A stretch of DNA of 39,539 nt from Thermoplasmata archaeon (GTDB taxonomy: Archaea > Thermoplasmatota > SW-10-69-26 > JACQPN01 > JAJPHT01), in contig JAXDQU010000002.1 of the NCBI GenBank assembly GCA_034667685.1, forward strand, positions 1 to 39,539, read 5' to 3'. Both the position numbers and the translations under genes were made by a program. How positions within the stretch are numbered: position 1 is the first letter of the stretch; each line of letters opens with the position of its first letter. Shown here in pieces: positions 26,001-34,811 of the stretch. The notes under the pieces are model-generated. The model did not search any database. It was given only the letters and a program-made list of their open reading frames with translations, and was not told where the DNA came from.

Positions 26001-28117
26001 TGCCGCTTCTTGCATGCGGGGCAGGCGCGCTCGCCGACCTCGATCTCGATGGGGCCGGCCTTCATCGCGTCGCCCAGGAGGCGTTGCGGGCCGCCGGCGA
26101 TGCTGATCGGGAAGAGCAGGTGGACGGGCGGGTTCATCTTGCGCTCGGCGGCCTTCTCGGGGCGGCCCATGCGCGTGCCGATGCGGTAGATGCCGCGCGG
26201 ACGGATGGGGAAGCCGGCGAGGTGCGCGGCATAGTGCGTCGGGCCCTCGGGGCCCCCGTCGAGCGGCGCGCGGCGCACGATCCGCTCGTCCTGCACGTCG
26301 AGGCCCAGGCCGCGCAGCATGGCGTAGGCGTGGCGGCCGAACCTCACGTCGTCGAACGCGGAGTCGTTGAGCGCGCCAAGCTCGGTGATGATATCACGGA
26401 GCGCGCGCTTGCCCGCGGTGGGGTCGGCGCTCTCCAGGGCCTTCTTCGGCAGGAGCAGCATGTCCTCCGCCCAGCGGCCGTGCTCCTCGGCGAAGCGCGA
26501 CAGGGCCTGGATGTCCTCGATCGAGAGGTCGTGCCAGAAGAGGTTGTAGCGCGGCGCGAGCGGCGTCTGCGTGCGCTCGGCGAAGAGGACCGCGTCGCGG
26601 GCCGTCGGAAGCTCGGGCGGCGCGGCGCCGGTGGCCTTCCGCACGGTCTGCCGCCACCACTCCTCGCACCACGGGGATTGCGGGAGCGTCTTGTTGTTCT
26701 CGGCGAACTCGCCGTAGGGCACGAGGATCTCGCCGAGGTCGACGACCTGGCGCACCTGCGGGCGGAGCTGCTTCGCCATCTTGTACGACGTGACCTCGAC
26801 GAGGCTGCCGTTCGCCAGCAGCACGAGGGGCGGCTCGATGCTATCACACGGCGTCGTCGCGGTCGCCTTGCCGGGGCGCTCGATCTTCATCTGCGTGCCC
26901 GGCGCCAGGAAGTCGTCGCAGAGCGCCATGGCCGCTGGGTGGATCGCGGTGGTCGCGAGCCCGCCGGTGCGCGCGCGGCCGTAGCGCAGGCGCCAGCCCC
27001 CCTTGCGCGAGGGGTGCGCGAAGACGGGGCGTCCCGCGATGAGGTCGAGCATGAACTTCGCGCTGGGCTCGATGGCGCCGCGCGGCGCGTCGGCGTCCTT
27101 GGCCCACGGGTCGGTGAACTTCTTGCCGCCGTGCGCCTCGTCCTTCCCGCCGCCGGCCGCCTTCTTCTTGACGTAGTCGATGACCTGGTCGATGAACTCC
27201 CAGCCGTCGAGCTTGAGCGCCCTCACGTTCTTCTGGATCTTGGGCGCCTTCTGCGTCATGCCCTCGGCGAGGACGAGGCACGCGCCGCCGCGGATCTGGT
27301 TCGTCGTGAGGCGCGGCAGGTCGCGGTTGCCGCCGATCTCATCCTTCTCCGTGCCCTCGCCGTCGATCATGACGGGGCAGCTGCGCATGATGAGCTCGAT
27401 CTCTTCGTTGCTCGGCGTGTACTGGAGGTTCGCCGCGGCCCTGTACGCGGGGATCTCCTCCTTCATGCGCGAGATCTCCTTCTCGGTCGCGACGTACTTG
27501 CCGATGCCCAGCGCGCGGCGCACCACGTCCGCGATGAGCACGCTGAGCGCCTGGCCCGTGCCGCCCGCCGCGCGGATGGGGCCCGCGAAGACCAGCGCGC
27601 AGCAGTCGGTGCCGTCGTCGTTCTTCAGCAAGCGGACGCCGGCGATCCCTTCGAGCGGCGCGACGAGGATGCCCTCGGTGAGGATCGCGAGCCCCGTGCG
27701 CACGGCCTGGTCGAGCGCCTTCTCCTTGTCGTCGAACGTGCCGAACTTGCCGGCCGCGACCTCGTTGGCGACGATGAGCGAAAGCTCCTCGCGGTTCTTC
27801 TCCTTCGAGAGATCGCGGATGCGCTGCGCGACGCCCTTGGGGCCGACCAGCTCCTCGACGCGCGCCGCGAGGTCGATGGCCGGCGGGATCTCGACGCGCG
27901 TCTCCGGGTCGAACCCCTTCTCGCGGCACAGGCGAGCCAGCTCGTACTCGCGGCGCATGCGGCTCTCCAGCGCGGCGAAGTAGCGCTCCATCTCCTCGGA
28001 CGCGCCGCGGCCCGAGGGAATGGCGACCTCCGGCGGCTCGAAATCGAAGTCGTCCGCCTCATCGGGCTCCTCCTCCTGGAGGGGGACTGCGTCGTCGAAA
28101 TAGCCGACCGAGCCCAA
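23072..28117 (-). CDS. polC: DNA polymerase D large subunit DP2 (intein-containing)
   Basis: AILTEGILVAPLEGI, FAGPIRAAGGT, RMGRPEKA, APHTSGG, KRRN|CDGDED, RGGLMDAPL and a C-terminal Zn finger. Confidence 0.98.
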   Translation of the reverse strand: MGSVGYFDDAVPLQEEEPDEADDFDFEPPEVAIPSGRGASEEMERYFAALESRMRREYELARLCREKGFDPETRVEIPPAIDLAARVEELVGPKGVAQRIRDLSKEKNREELSLIVANEVAAGKFGTFDDKEKALDQAVRTGLAILTEGILVAPLEGIAGVRLLKNDDGTDCCALVFAGPIRAAGGTGQALSVLIADVVRRALGIGKYVATEKEISRMKEEIPAYRAAANLQYTPSNEEIELIMRSCPVMIDGEGTEKDEIGGNRDLPRLTTNQIRGGACLVLAEGMTQKAPKIQKNVRALKLDGWEFIDQVIDYVKKKAAGGGKDEAHGGKKFTDPWAKDADAPRGAIEPSAKFMLDLIAGRPVFAHPSRKGGWRLRYGRARTGGLATTAIHPAAMALCDDFLAPGTQMKIERPGKATATTPCDSIEPPLVLLANGSLVEVTSYKMAKQLRPQVRQVVDLGEILVPYGEFAENNKTLPQSPWCEEWWRQTVRKATGAAPPELPTARDAVLFAERTQTPLAPRYNLFWHDLSIEDIQALSRFAEEHGRWAEDMLLLPKKALESADPTAGKRALRDIITELGALNDSAFDDVRFGRHAYAMLRGLGLDVQDERIVRRAPLDGGPEGPTHYAAHLAGFPIRPRGIYRIGTRMGRPEKAAERKMNPPVHLLFPISIAGGPQRLLGDAMKAGPIEIEVGERACPACKKRQITYRCDACGAHTEMVRRKEGERIEPRPVEIAPLVEAAMERLKLEDSPDAVKAVVGLISKSKSPEPIEKGLLRAKHNLFTFKDATVRFDMINITLTHFKPREAHVSVERLKELGYLFDIKGDPLVHDQQILEIKVQDIIVSTSCLDYMLRASQYVDELLVKLYGYKPYYNCKKIEDLYGHLFVALAPHTSGGVLCRIIGHTRAQGHYGHPFFHASKRRNCFRGDTEVVVLREGRVEKTRLDALVAPAIAQRGRALDGHGTRVAEPDEPLEILSLDPATMAPRRLRVTKLIQGTTRSWIDVETSTHRRITVTLDHRVLVRREGRLLHVPASEVAPGDQVPVAMSLPRETSSPTFELGALLADLPEAATLRLRDAEPFLRALLARVGRERVEELCGATPAQRRIPSRWLRSFPLTHYAALARAGLAEWREIPAEARLAFARDDTSMPVRVPATRDLCWLLGFYLAEGYARSTRSAHQVSWRVPEPTLRARLVRVIQETFGREPAVEEESKVTLPSRIAYLLLAKVWKAGEGAHEKRVPAWCYGLPDALVASLVAGYFDGDGSAFVEPPRLRLYSANRALLEDFATLLQSQGIFARFVPGEPREPGSFLRARYEALGRPPPETLGPVDALSLYGADIKAFAALVEPAHPEKASRLAALLENVKPTRVIQVEGRRFDPEEGAHHLFDRVLRVARREASDEPTYCLDVDSGSDDLLTRNVLLGNGLYQIRCDGDEDCVMLLLDGLLNFSRVYLPSNRGGLMDAPLTLTMRLDPSEVDKEAHNVDTMFEYPLEFFEATLAHPGPKDVEKMIDMVAKRLGKPSQYEGFGFTHDTADIAEGPEMSAYKTIGSMMDKMTAQLELAARIRAVDAPDVAARVIGSHFLPDMMGNLKAFSKQAMRCTKCNTKYRRIPLTGKCRKCGNANLTMTVHEGSVKKYLEVSKEVCVRFDVSEYVQQRIEHVSDSIDSVFTNDRVKKAKLSDFF
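23828..25345 (-). mobile_element. Intein with LAGLIDADG homing endonuclease in DP2 (506 aa)
   Basis: Starts CFRGDT after KRRN; block B TLDH; LLGFYLAEG and LVAGYFDGDG; block F TYCLDV; ends NGLYQIR before CDGDED. Confidence 0.93.
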
Positions 28118-28312
28118 GGGGAACGCTCCGGGTCAGCCGGGTCCCGACCAAAGGGGTTTCGGGGACGGCCCCCCGGAAAACCCGCGCGCCTGTTCTTCAG
28201 GTGGAGCCGTTTCCCCTGGCGTGGACGACCTCCATCGGAAGCCAAGGGGTAGAGTCGCGCCGAAAGTGTTCGCGCCCCAAATCGCATGCCCCTGCGCGCC
28301 CGGTGGGGCTCG

Positions 28313-28561
28313 ATGCGTCCCATCATCCTCGTTTCAGCGCTGCTGCTCCTCGCCTTCGCCCCCGCCGCGCAGGCGCACCCCATCGGGGGCGAGGGCTGCG
28401 TCTCCGTGGCCACGGACCCGCCGGGCGCCGGCACCAACCTCGACTCGTGCCTCCATCCCTCGGGCGACAGCAACGTCCGCGGCGGCGAAGGGTGCGTCGC
28501 CGTCGAAACCGATCCCCCGGGCGTCGGGACCCACCTCGACTCCTGCATCGGCTCGATCTAG
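28313..28561 (+). CDS. Small secreted protein with two GGEGCV..TDPPG...LDSC repeats
   Basis: Signal ending PAAQA; duplication visible in protein and DNA. Confidence 0.75.
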   Translation: MRPIILVSALLLLAFAPAAQAHPIGGEGCVSVATDPPGAGTNLDSCLHPSGDSNVRGGEGCVAVETDPPGVGTHLDSCIGSI

Positions 28562-30246
28562 ACCACATCGCCCGGGTTCGCGATCTTCTCGGGCTGGCGG
28601 AAGGCGCCGCCGAACGCGGTCTTCCCGACGACGTCCACGCCCGCGGGCTTGCCGCGGTGGAAGTCCACCATGTAGGGCTTGCCCGTGTCCAACTCGATGA
28701 CGGGGACCTTCGCCGGCTCGGGCATGAAGCCGTGCATCTTCTGGTACGCCGTCTGGCTCTGCCAGCACGAGGCGTTGATGAGCGTGATGCCGCGGTAGCT
28801 GTCGAGCCCCGCCGCGTGCACGTGCCCCGTGACGAAGACGTCGGGCACGCTGTCGATGGTGAGGTAGTCCTTGTGCTCGGGCGCGATGGGCGTGCGCAGG
28901 CCGTACACCGGGACCATGTGCCGGCGCACCACCATCTCCTTCATCGCGTCGATGGGGCGCTCGTAGCTCATGCCGGCGACGCGCGTGATCCAGTCGTCCA
29001 TGCTGCGGCCGTGATAGCTCAGGATCTCGACGCCTTCGATGGAGAGCTTGCACGGGTTGCCGATGTGGCGCACGCTCTCGGGGAAGAGCCGCGTGTATTT
29101 CTCGGGGAGCGCGGGCTGCGGCTCGGCGGGCCGCACGAGGTCGTGGTTGCCCGGCATCACCATGATCTTGATATCATCGCGGATGCGCGCGAGCTGCTCG
29201 CCGGCGTACCGGTACTGCTCGTACGCGTCGACGATCGCCAGCTCCTCCTCCTGGCCCGGGAAGATGCCGATGCCGTCCACGACGTCGCCGTTCACGACGA
29301 GGTACTTCACCTTCCGCGCCAGGGCTTTCATGCGCGAGTCGCCCCAGTCGAGGTTGATCCAGCGCAGGAAGCGCTCCCAGTCCTCGTGCAGGAACGTCTT
29401 CGCGCCGAAGTGGACGTCGCTGAGGATCGCGACGGCGGCCGCGTGCGCGCTGCGCCGCGCCTGCCCCGCCATCGGGACGTCGGGGCGCACGATGTGCTCC
29501 AGGATCAGCAGGTCGCCGCGGCCGGGCGGCTTCGCCACGACGCCGATGACCTCGTCCTCGATGACGGTGTCCGTCTCCACGAGCAGGTTCGCATCGCTCG
29601 CGGGCGCCAGGAGCGCGACGCTGCCGGTCTCGTCCTCCAGCTCCAGCAGGCGGTGGCCGTTCTTCGTCGTGCGGATCTCCGTGACGATGCCGATGAGCTG
29701 GATCTTCGCCAGGCCGCCGGCCCGCGCCCGCGAGATGGGCACCGCGCCGCTGACCTCGCGGCGCTGCTTGAGCATCTTGCGGATCTTCCCGAGCCGGTCG
29801 TTGAAGTAGCGCGTGAAGTCGGAGATCGCGCCCTCGCACGTCGAGTTGCCCGTCACGTCGGCGAGCACGTCGATCTGGTGCGCGTACGGCTCCATCAGGC
29901 GCGGGCGCGGGGGCAGCGGGCCGCCCTTGGCCTTGAGCTTCGCCTCGACCTTGGGCTCTTCGAGCACGAGGCCCCGCGTGTCGGGCGTGAACGGCGCGAC
30001 GACGGGGGGAGGCGAGGGGAGGCTGGGGGCGGCGACGGGAGGCTGTGGGAGGACGAGGGGGGCGGCCGGGAGGACCTGCGCGGGCTGCCGCGGGGCGGGC
30101 TCCAGGTCGGCGAGCGTGACGAGGAAGGGAAGCTCGGCGCGCGCCAGCAGCCTCTCGCCCAGCGCGGGCTCCTTCTCCAGGCGGGCCGCGGCGTCGGGCG
30201 CCAGCAGGCTGCCGCGCTTCAGGAGCTCCGCGAGAAGGGACTGCAC
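28558..30246 (-). CDS. polB: DNA polymerase D small subunit DP1 (3'-5' exonuclease)
   Basis: OB-fold region plus SDVH, GDVVDG, PGNHD, YHG and GHVH phosphoesterase motifs. Confidence 0.97.
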   Translation of the reverse strand: MQSLLAELLKRGSLLAPDAAARLEKEPALGERLLARAELPFLVTLADLEPAPRQPAQVLPAAPLVLPQPPVAAPSLPSPPPVVAPFTPDTRGLVLEEPKVEAKLKAKGGPLPPRPRLMEPYAHQIDVLADVTGNSTCEGAISDFTRYFNDRLGKIRKMLKQRREVSGAVPISRARAGGLAKIQLIGIVTEIRTTKNGHRLLELEDETGSVALLAPASDANLLVETDTVIEDEVIGVVAKPPGRGDLLILEHIVRPDVPMAGQARRSAHAAAVAILSDVHFGAKTFLHEDWERFLRWINLDWGDSRMKALARKVKYLVVNGDVVDGIGIFPGQEEELAIVDAYEQYRYAGEQLARIRDDIKIMVMPGNHDLVRPAEPQPALPEKYTRLFPESVRHIGNPCKLSIEGVEILSYHGRSMDDWITRVAGMSYERPIDAMKEMVVRRHMVPVYGLRTPIAPEHKDYLTIDSVPDVFVTGHVHAAGLDSYRGITLINASCWQSQTAYQKMHGFMPEPAKVPVIELDTGKPYMVDFHRGKPAGVDVVGKTAFGGAFRQPEKIANPGDVV

Positions 30247-30303
30247 TGGCGAAGGAGTAGACGGCGCGGAAGATGAAGGCGCGCCGCCGGTTTCGCGTGG
30301 AGA

Positions 30304-30489
30304 TCAGAAGCGCCCGCGCACGCTGAGGCGGAACTCCTCGAGCGCCTCGGTCGAACGGAACTGCTTGGGCTCGCCCACGTTCCCGCAATGGAGGCACTCG
30401 ACGGAGGCCTCCTCGAAGGCGAACTCGCCACCCTCATGCTCCACGTGCTGGAGCAGCGTGCTTCCGCAGCGCGAGCAGGCGCCAGGCAT
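30304..30489 (-). CDS. Small zinc-ribbon protein (61 aa)
   Basis: CSRCG ... CLHCG; ATG 30489. Confidence 0.7.
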   Translation of the reverse strand: MPGACSRCGSTLLQHVEHEGGEFAFEEASVECLHCGNVGEPKQFRSTEALEEFRLSVRGRF

Positions 30490-30623
30490 GGTACGACGTG
30501 GGCGCCGGGCCGTGCATAGCCTTTCCGCCAGGCCGCCTGTCCCGAACCCGCAGCCCTGGGTGGCGCAACCCTCAAAAAGCAAGGCTGGGCTAGCGCGGCA
30601 TCTCCACCCGGAGTTGAACCACT

Positions 30624-32843
30624 GTGGCGAAGGAAGTCACGCTCAAAGTCTCCGAAGCCGTCCAGGAAGACGTGGCGAAGGGCCGCGTCCGCGTCGACGC
30701 CGCCACGCGCCTCGACCTCCACCTGACCGTCGGCGACGTCGTGGAGATCATCGGCAAGAAGAGCACCGCCGCCATCGTCTGGCGAGCGCACCCCGATGAT
30801 GAAGGAAAGGGCCTGATCCGCATGGACGGCCTGATCCGCGACAACGCGGGCGTCGGCATCGGCGACAAGGTCCGCATCCGCAAGGTCGAGGTCAACCCGG
30901 CCAACCGCATCACGCTCGCCCCCGTCATCGAAGAGGGGCAGAAGCTCCAGTTCGGCAGCGGCATCGAGGGCGTCGTCAAGCGCGGCCTCTTCAAGCGCCC
31001 CGTGACCAAGGGCGACACCGTCATCGTGCCCGGCATCGCGCTCATCGGGCGCGCGCTCCCCTTCATCGTGGTGGAGATCAGCCCCGCGGGCATCGTGCAG
31101 ATCACCGAGGGCACCGAGGTCAACATCCGCGAGGAGGCGATCTCCGAGTCGGAGCTGGCCGCGCCCAAGGTCACCTACGAGGACGTGGGCGGCCTCAAGG
31201 ACGAGCTGACCAAGGTCCGCGAGATGATCGAGCTGCCCCTGAAGCACCCCGAGCTGTTCGACCGCCTCGGCATCGAGCCGCCCAAGGGCGTGCTGCTCCA
31301 GGGTCCTCCCGGCACCGGCAAGACGCTCATCGCCAAGGCCGTCGCCAACGAGTCGGGCGCCAACTTCTACAGCATCCAGGGCCCCGAGATCATGAGCAAG
31401 TTCTACGGCGAGTCCGAGGCCCGCCTCCGCGAGGTCTTCGAGGAGGCCGAGCAGAACGCGCCCGCGATCATCTTCATCGACGAGATCGACAGCATCGCGT
31501 CGAAGCGCGAGGACACGCAGGGCGAGGTGGAGCGCCGCGTCGTCGCGCAGCTCCTCACGCTCATGGACGGCCTGAAGGGGCGCGGCAAGGTCGTCGTCAT
31601 CGGCGCCACCAACCGCGTCGACGCCGTGGACCCCGCGCTGCGCCGCCCGGGCCGCTTCGACCGCGAGATCGAGATCGGCGTGCCCTCCCGCGAGGGGCGC
31701 AAGGAGATCCTCCAGATCCACACGCGCTCGATGCCGCTGGACAACAGCTTCGACTTGGACTACCTTGTCGACAACAGCCACGGGTTCGTCGGCGCCGACC
31801 TCGCCGCGCTCGCCAAGGAAGGCGCGATGAAGGCGCTGCGCCGCTACCTGCCCGACATCGACCTCGACAAGCCGATCCCCACGGAAGTCCTGGAGAAGAT
31901 GCACATCAAGATGGACGACTTCAAGGACGCGCTGCGCGAGATCGAGCCCAGCGCGCTCCGCGAGGTGCTCATCGAGATCCCGCGCACCACGTGGGAGGAC
32001 GTCGGCGGCCTGGGCGAGCTCAAGCAGCAGCTCCGCGAGGCCGTCGAGTGGCCGCTCAACAACCCCGAGGTGTTCAAGCGCATGGGCATCAAGCCCCCGC
32101 GCGGCATCCTGCTCTACGGCCCGCCCGGCACCGGCAAGACGCTGCTCGCGAAGGCCGTCGCCAACGAGAGCCGCGCGAACTTCATCTCGGTCAAGGGCCC
32201 CGAAGTGCTATCGAAGTGGGTCGGCGAGAGCGAGAAGGCGATCCGCGAGATCTTCAAGAAGGCGAAGCAGGCCAGCCCCTGCATCATCTTCATGGACGAG
32301 ATCGACTCGATCGCCCCGCGCCGCAGCATGGGCAGCAGCGACTCGCACGTCACGGAGCGCATGGTCAACCAGCTCCTGACGTCCATCGACGGCATGGAGG
32401 CGCTGGAGGGCATCGTCGTCATCGCGGCGACGAACCGCCCCGACATCCTCGACCCCGCGCTCCTGCGCGCCGGCCGCTTCGACCGCCTGCTCCAGGCGCC
32501 CCCGCCCGACCAGGGCGCGCGCAAGAAGATCCTGGAGATCCACGCCGCGGCCATGCCGCTCCAGGACGTGGACCTCGAGGAGCTCTCGCGCCGCACCAAT
32601 GGCTACGTCGGCGCCGACCTCCAGAGCCTCTGCCGCGAGGCGGCGATGCTCGCCCTGCGCGTCAACATGAAGGCCGACATCGTGACGATGAAGGACTTCG
32701 AGCAGGCGCTCTCCCAGGTGCGCCCCTCGGTCGACGAGAACACGACCGAGTACTACAAGAAGATCGCCCAGGAGCTCGAAGGCGGCATCATCCGCAAGCA
32801 GAAGGAAGCCCGGAACTCGCAGAAGGGCGTCGAGTACCTCTGA
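30624..32843 (+). CDS. cdc48: CDC48/VAT family AAA+ ATPase
   Basis: N domain plus two AAA modules (GPPGTGKT twice; IFIDE and IFMDE); C-terminus ends EYL. Confidence 0.98.
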   Translation: MAKEVTLKVSEAVQEDVAKGRVRVDAATRLDLHLTVGDVVEIIGKKSTAAIVWRAHPDDEGKGLIRMDGLIRDNAGVGIGDKVRIRKVEVNPANRITLAPVIEEGQKLQFGSGIEGVVKRGLFKRPVTKGDTVIVPGIALIGRALPFIVVEISPAGIVQITEGTEVNIREEAISESELAAPKVTYEDVGGLKDELTKVREMIELPLKHPELFDRLGIEPPKGVLLQGPPGTGKTLIAKAVANESGANFYSIQGPEIMSKFYGESEARLREVFEEAEQNAPAIIFIDEIDSIASKREDTQGEVERRVVAQLLTLMDGLKGRGKVVVIGATNRVDAVDPALRRPGRFDREIEIGVPSREGRKEILQIHTRSMPLDNSFDLDYLVDNSHGFVGADLAALAKEGAMKALRRYLPDIDLDKPIPTEVLEKMHIKMDDFKDALREIEPSALREVLIEIPRTTWEDVGGLGELKQQLREAVEWPLNNPEVFKRMGIKPPRGILLYGPPGTGKTLLAKAVANESRANFISVKGPEVLSKWVGESEKAIREIFKKAKQASPCIIFMDEIDSIAPRRSMGSSDSHVTERMVNQLLTSIDGMEALEGIVVIAATNRPDILDPALLRAGRFDRLLQAPPPDQGARKKILEIHAAAMPLQDVDLEELSRRTNGYVGADLQSLCREAAMLALRVNMKADIVTMKDFEQALSQVRPSVDENTTEYYKKIAQELEGGIIRKQKEARNSQKGVEYL

Positions 32844-32907
32844 GCGCCACGGCTGCGCGCGCGAGGGCCTTTTGTGGTCCTCGCGCGCTGCGGCACGCGG
32901 GCACACC

Positions 32908-33108
32908 ATGCGGACCCCCCTTCTCATCGCCGCGATCCTTCTCGTCTCGACCTTCACGCTCGTCGCCACGGCGCCGTCGGCCTCGGCCTGCACGCCGCCC
33001 AACTGTCCGGGCTTCGGCGGCTGCCACCTGACCAAGCCGACGTACGACGTCGACCCCGAGAGCGCCACCGTCACGCTCACGCCGCCGCACATGGAGTGCT
33101 ACTACTGA
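32908..33108 (+). CDS. Small secreted Cys-rich protein (66 aa, 4 Cys)
   Basis: Signal ending PSASA; CTPPNC...CHLT...ECYY. Confidence 0.75.
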   Translation: MRTPLLIAAILLVSTFTLVATAPSASACTPPNCPGFGGCHLTKPTYDVDPESATVTLTPPHMECYY

Positions 33109-33118
33109 GGTGGGCGGC

Positions 33119-33490
33119 ATGCGGACCCTTCCCCTTCTCGTGAGCCTCGCGCTCCTCGGCGGCTTCGTCCTCGTCCTCTCGCCCGCGGCCGATGCCTGCG
33201 TCGCCACGCCCTCGTGCTTCGGCGGCCCCTGCCAGGTCACGTACGGCAGCACGGATGATATCGTGGGCGACCCCGCCCTCAACGTGCGCTACCCGAACGG
33301 CGTCGAGTGCGTCTCCAGCGGGATCAACCCGCCCTGCCACGTGACGTGGCGCCAGGTCTACCTCGACATGGACCACGCCACCGACGTCCCCGACGGCGTG
33401 GAGTGCGTCTCGTGCCACGTCACGGGTCACTACGTCTACCTGGACATGGACCACCCGACGTTCGTGCCCGACGGCGTCGACTGCTCCTGA
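33119..33490 (+). CDS. Secreted Cys-rich protein with three C-x-VT...P[ND]GV[ED]C repeats (8 Cys)
   Basis: GAGGTG RBS; signal ending PAADA; repeats 2 and 3 are also similar in DNA. Confidence 0.8.
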   Translation: MRTLPLLVSLALLGGFVLVLSPAADACVATPSCFGGPCQVTYGSTDDIVGDPALNVRYPNGVECVSSGINPPCHVTWRQVYLDMDHATDVPDGVECVSCHVTGHYVYLDMDHPTFVPDGVDCS

Positions 33491-33494
33491 GCCG

Positions 33495-33924
33495 GTCTCC
33501 CCAGAGGTCTTCTGGCGAAGCGCGGGCGGTCCGGCCGTCGCCGAGATCGAGCTCCTGGACACGGACTATCCCGCGTTCGTCGCGGCGGACCTCCTCGCGC
33601 CCAACGGCACGAGCCTCGGCGACGGGGGCCAGGGCGCGCAGGTCCACGCCGCGGGCACGGACGTCGTGAGCTACGCGCGCTTCGGAAGCGGCGCCGCTGG
33701 CATCCAGGTCTCGTTCGACGACCTGCGCGGCGAATACGTGCTCGTCCTGTGGGCGGCGGGCCCGGGCGGCCACTGGGGCGCGGCGGTGCGGGCCAACCCT
33801 GCGCGTGCCTCTTCCTCGACGCGCGCGCCGGGCACCGTCACGTTCGGGCACCGGCGCCGATGCGGGCGTCGAGACGCTCGACGGCGTGCTCATGCTCGCC
33901 GCGGACGTCGAGCTTCCCGCCTAG
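33495..33924 (+). pseudogene. Startless, frameshifted gene remnant
   Basis: Protein-like frame AEIELLDTDYPAFVAADLLAPNG...GEYVLVLWAAG has no upstream start; the C-terminus VETLDGVLMLAADVELPA* is in another frame. Confidence 0.45.
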
Positions 33925-33929
33925 GGATG

Positions 33930-34116
33930 CTACCGGACGCGCGCGTTCTCGCACGCGATGAGCGCGTCGCGGTACGCGAACACGCTCGTGCCCTTGCAGT
34001 CCAGGGCGTCCCTGCGAGCCCGCGGGCGGGGGACGGAAGCGGAGCGTGCCCGCCTCGCCCGCGGTGCAGCCGGCCGCGACGAGGGCAAGCACCGCCAGGC
34101 ACGCCAGCGCGCGCAT
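33930..34116 (-). pseudogene. Lipoprotein remnant
   Basis: MRALACLAVLALVAAGC lipobox; a plausible C-terminus DALDCKGTSVFAYRDALIACENARVR* lies in a different frame. Confidence 0.45.
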
Positions 34117-34175
34117 GCGCCGGGAGCGCGCGGAGGGAACGAGGCTTTTGCGTCCCGACCCGGATCGGCGCCCGC

Positions 34176-34604
34176 TTGCGGCGCATCTGGACGATCGGCT
34201 ACGAGGGGCACGACCCCGAGAGCTTCACGCACGTCCTGCGCAAGGCCAAGGTCGAGCGCGTGGTTGATATCAGGGAGCTTCCGCTCTCGCGCAAGCGCGG
34301 CTTCAGCAAGGCGGCGATGGCGGCGGGGCTCGCGGCCGCCGGCATCGGCTACTCGCACCTCAGGGCGCTGGGGACGCCGCGCCCGCTGCGCCACGCGTAC
34401 AAGGCCGGCGGGAGCTTCGAGGCGTTCCGCGACGGATACCTCGGCCACCTGGAGGGCGTCGAGAGCGCCATCGGCCAGCTCGAACGGATGGCGCAGGAGG
34501 AGCGCGTCGCGATCCTGTGCGTGGAGCACGACGCCGCCGTCTGCCACCGCGGGGTGCTCGCGGGCGTGCTGAAGACGCGCGGCTGGAGCGTGACGGACCT
34601 CTGA
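34176..34604 (+). CDS. DUF488-family protein
   Basis: IWTIGYEG, VDIRELPLSRKRGFSK, GIGYSHLRALG and LCVEHDAAVCHR. TTG 34176. Confidence 0.9.
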   Translation: MRRIWTIGYEGHDPESFTHVLRKAKVERVVDIRELPLSRKRGFSKAAMAAGLAAAGIGYSHLRALGTPRPLRHAYKAGGSFEAFRDGYLGHLEGVESAIGQLERMAQEERVAILCVEHDAAVCHRGVLAGVLKTRGWSVTDL

Positions 34605-34610
34605 GCGAGG

Positions 34611-34811
34611 CTAGGGCCGCAGCCGCCCGTTGCGGTAGACGCCCTCGCCACGCAGCGCGACGCCGAACGTGAGCACGACGAACGCGCCCACGACGACGGC
34701 GAGGATCGCCGCGAGCAGCAGCGCCTCGGGGAACCCGCCCGGCGAGGCCGGCAGCGCCGAGGACTCCGCGGGCGACTGGTTCGCGAGCTGCGCCAGCACC
34801 GCGGATATCAT
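34611..34811 (-). CDS. Small single-TM protein
   Basis: One long hydrophobic helix; ATG abuts the upstream TGA. Confidence 0.6.
   Translation of the reverse strand: MISAVLAQLANQSPAESSALPASPGGFPEALLLAAILAVVVGAFVVLTFGVALRGEGVYRNGRLRP

Noticed and set aside
23963-28252. 1429-aa plus-strand ORF and many other long Arg/Ala/Pro-rich alternative-frame ORFs
   Set aside because: Shadows of real genes caused by high GC3 and few stop codons; no recognisable motifs.
33404-33418. CVSCH as a c-type heme-binding motif
   Set aside because: It arises at the junction of two repeat units (..ECVS + CHVT..). The previous junction has a longer spacer, so it is probably coincidental, though not excluded.
33666-34604. 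312-aa ORF as one protein
   Set aside because: A chance join of a gene remnant, nonsense-like middle sequence and the DUF488 gene starting at 34176.
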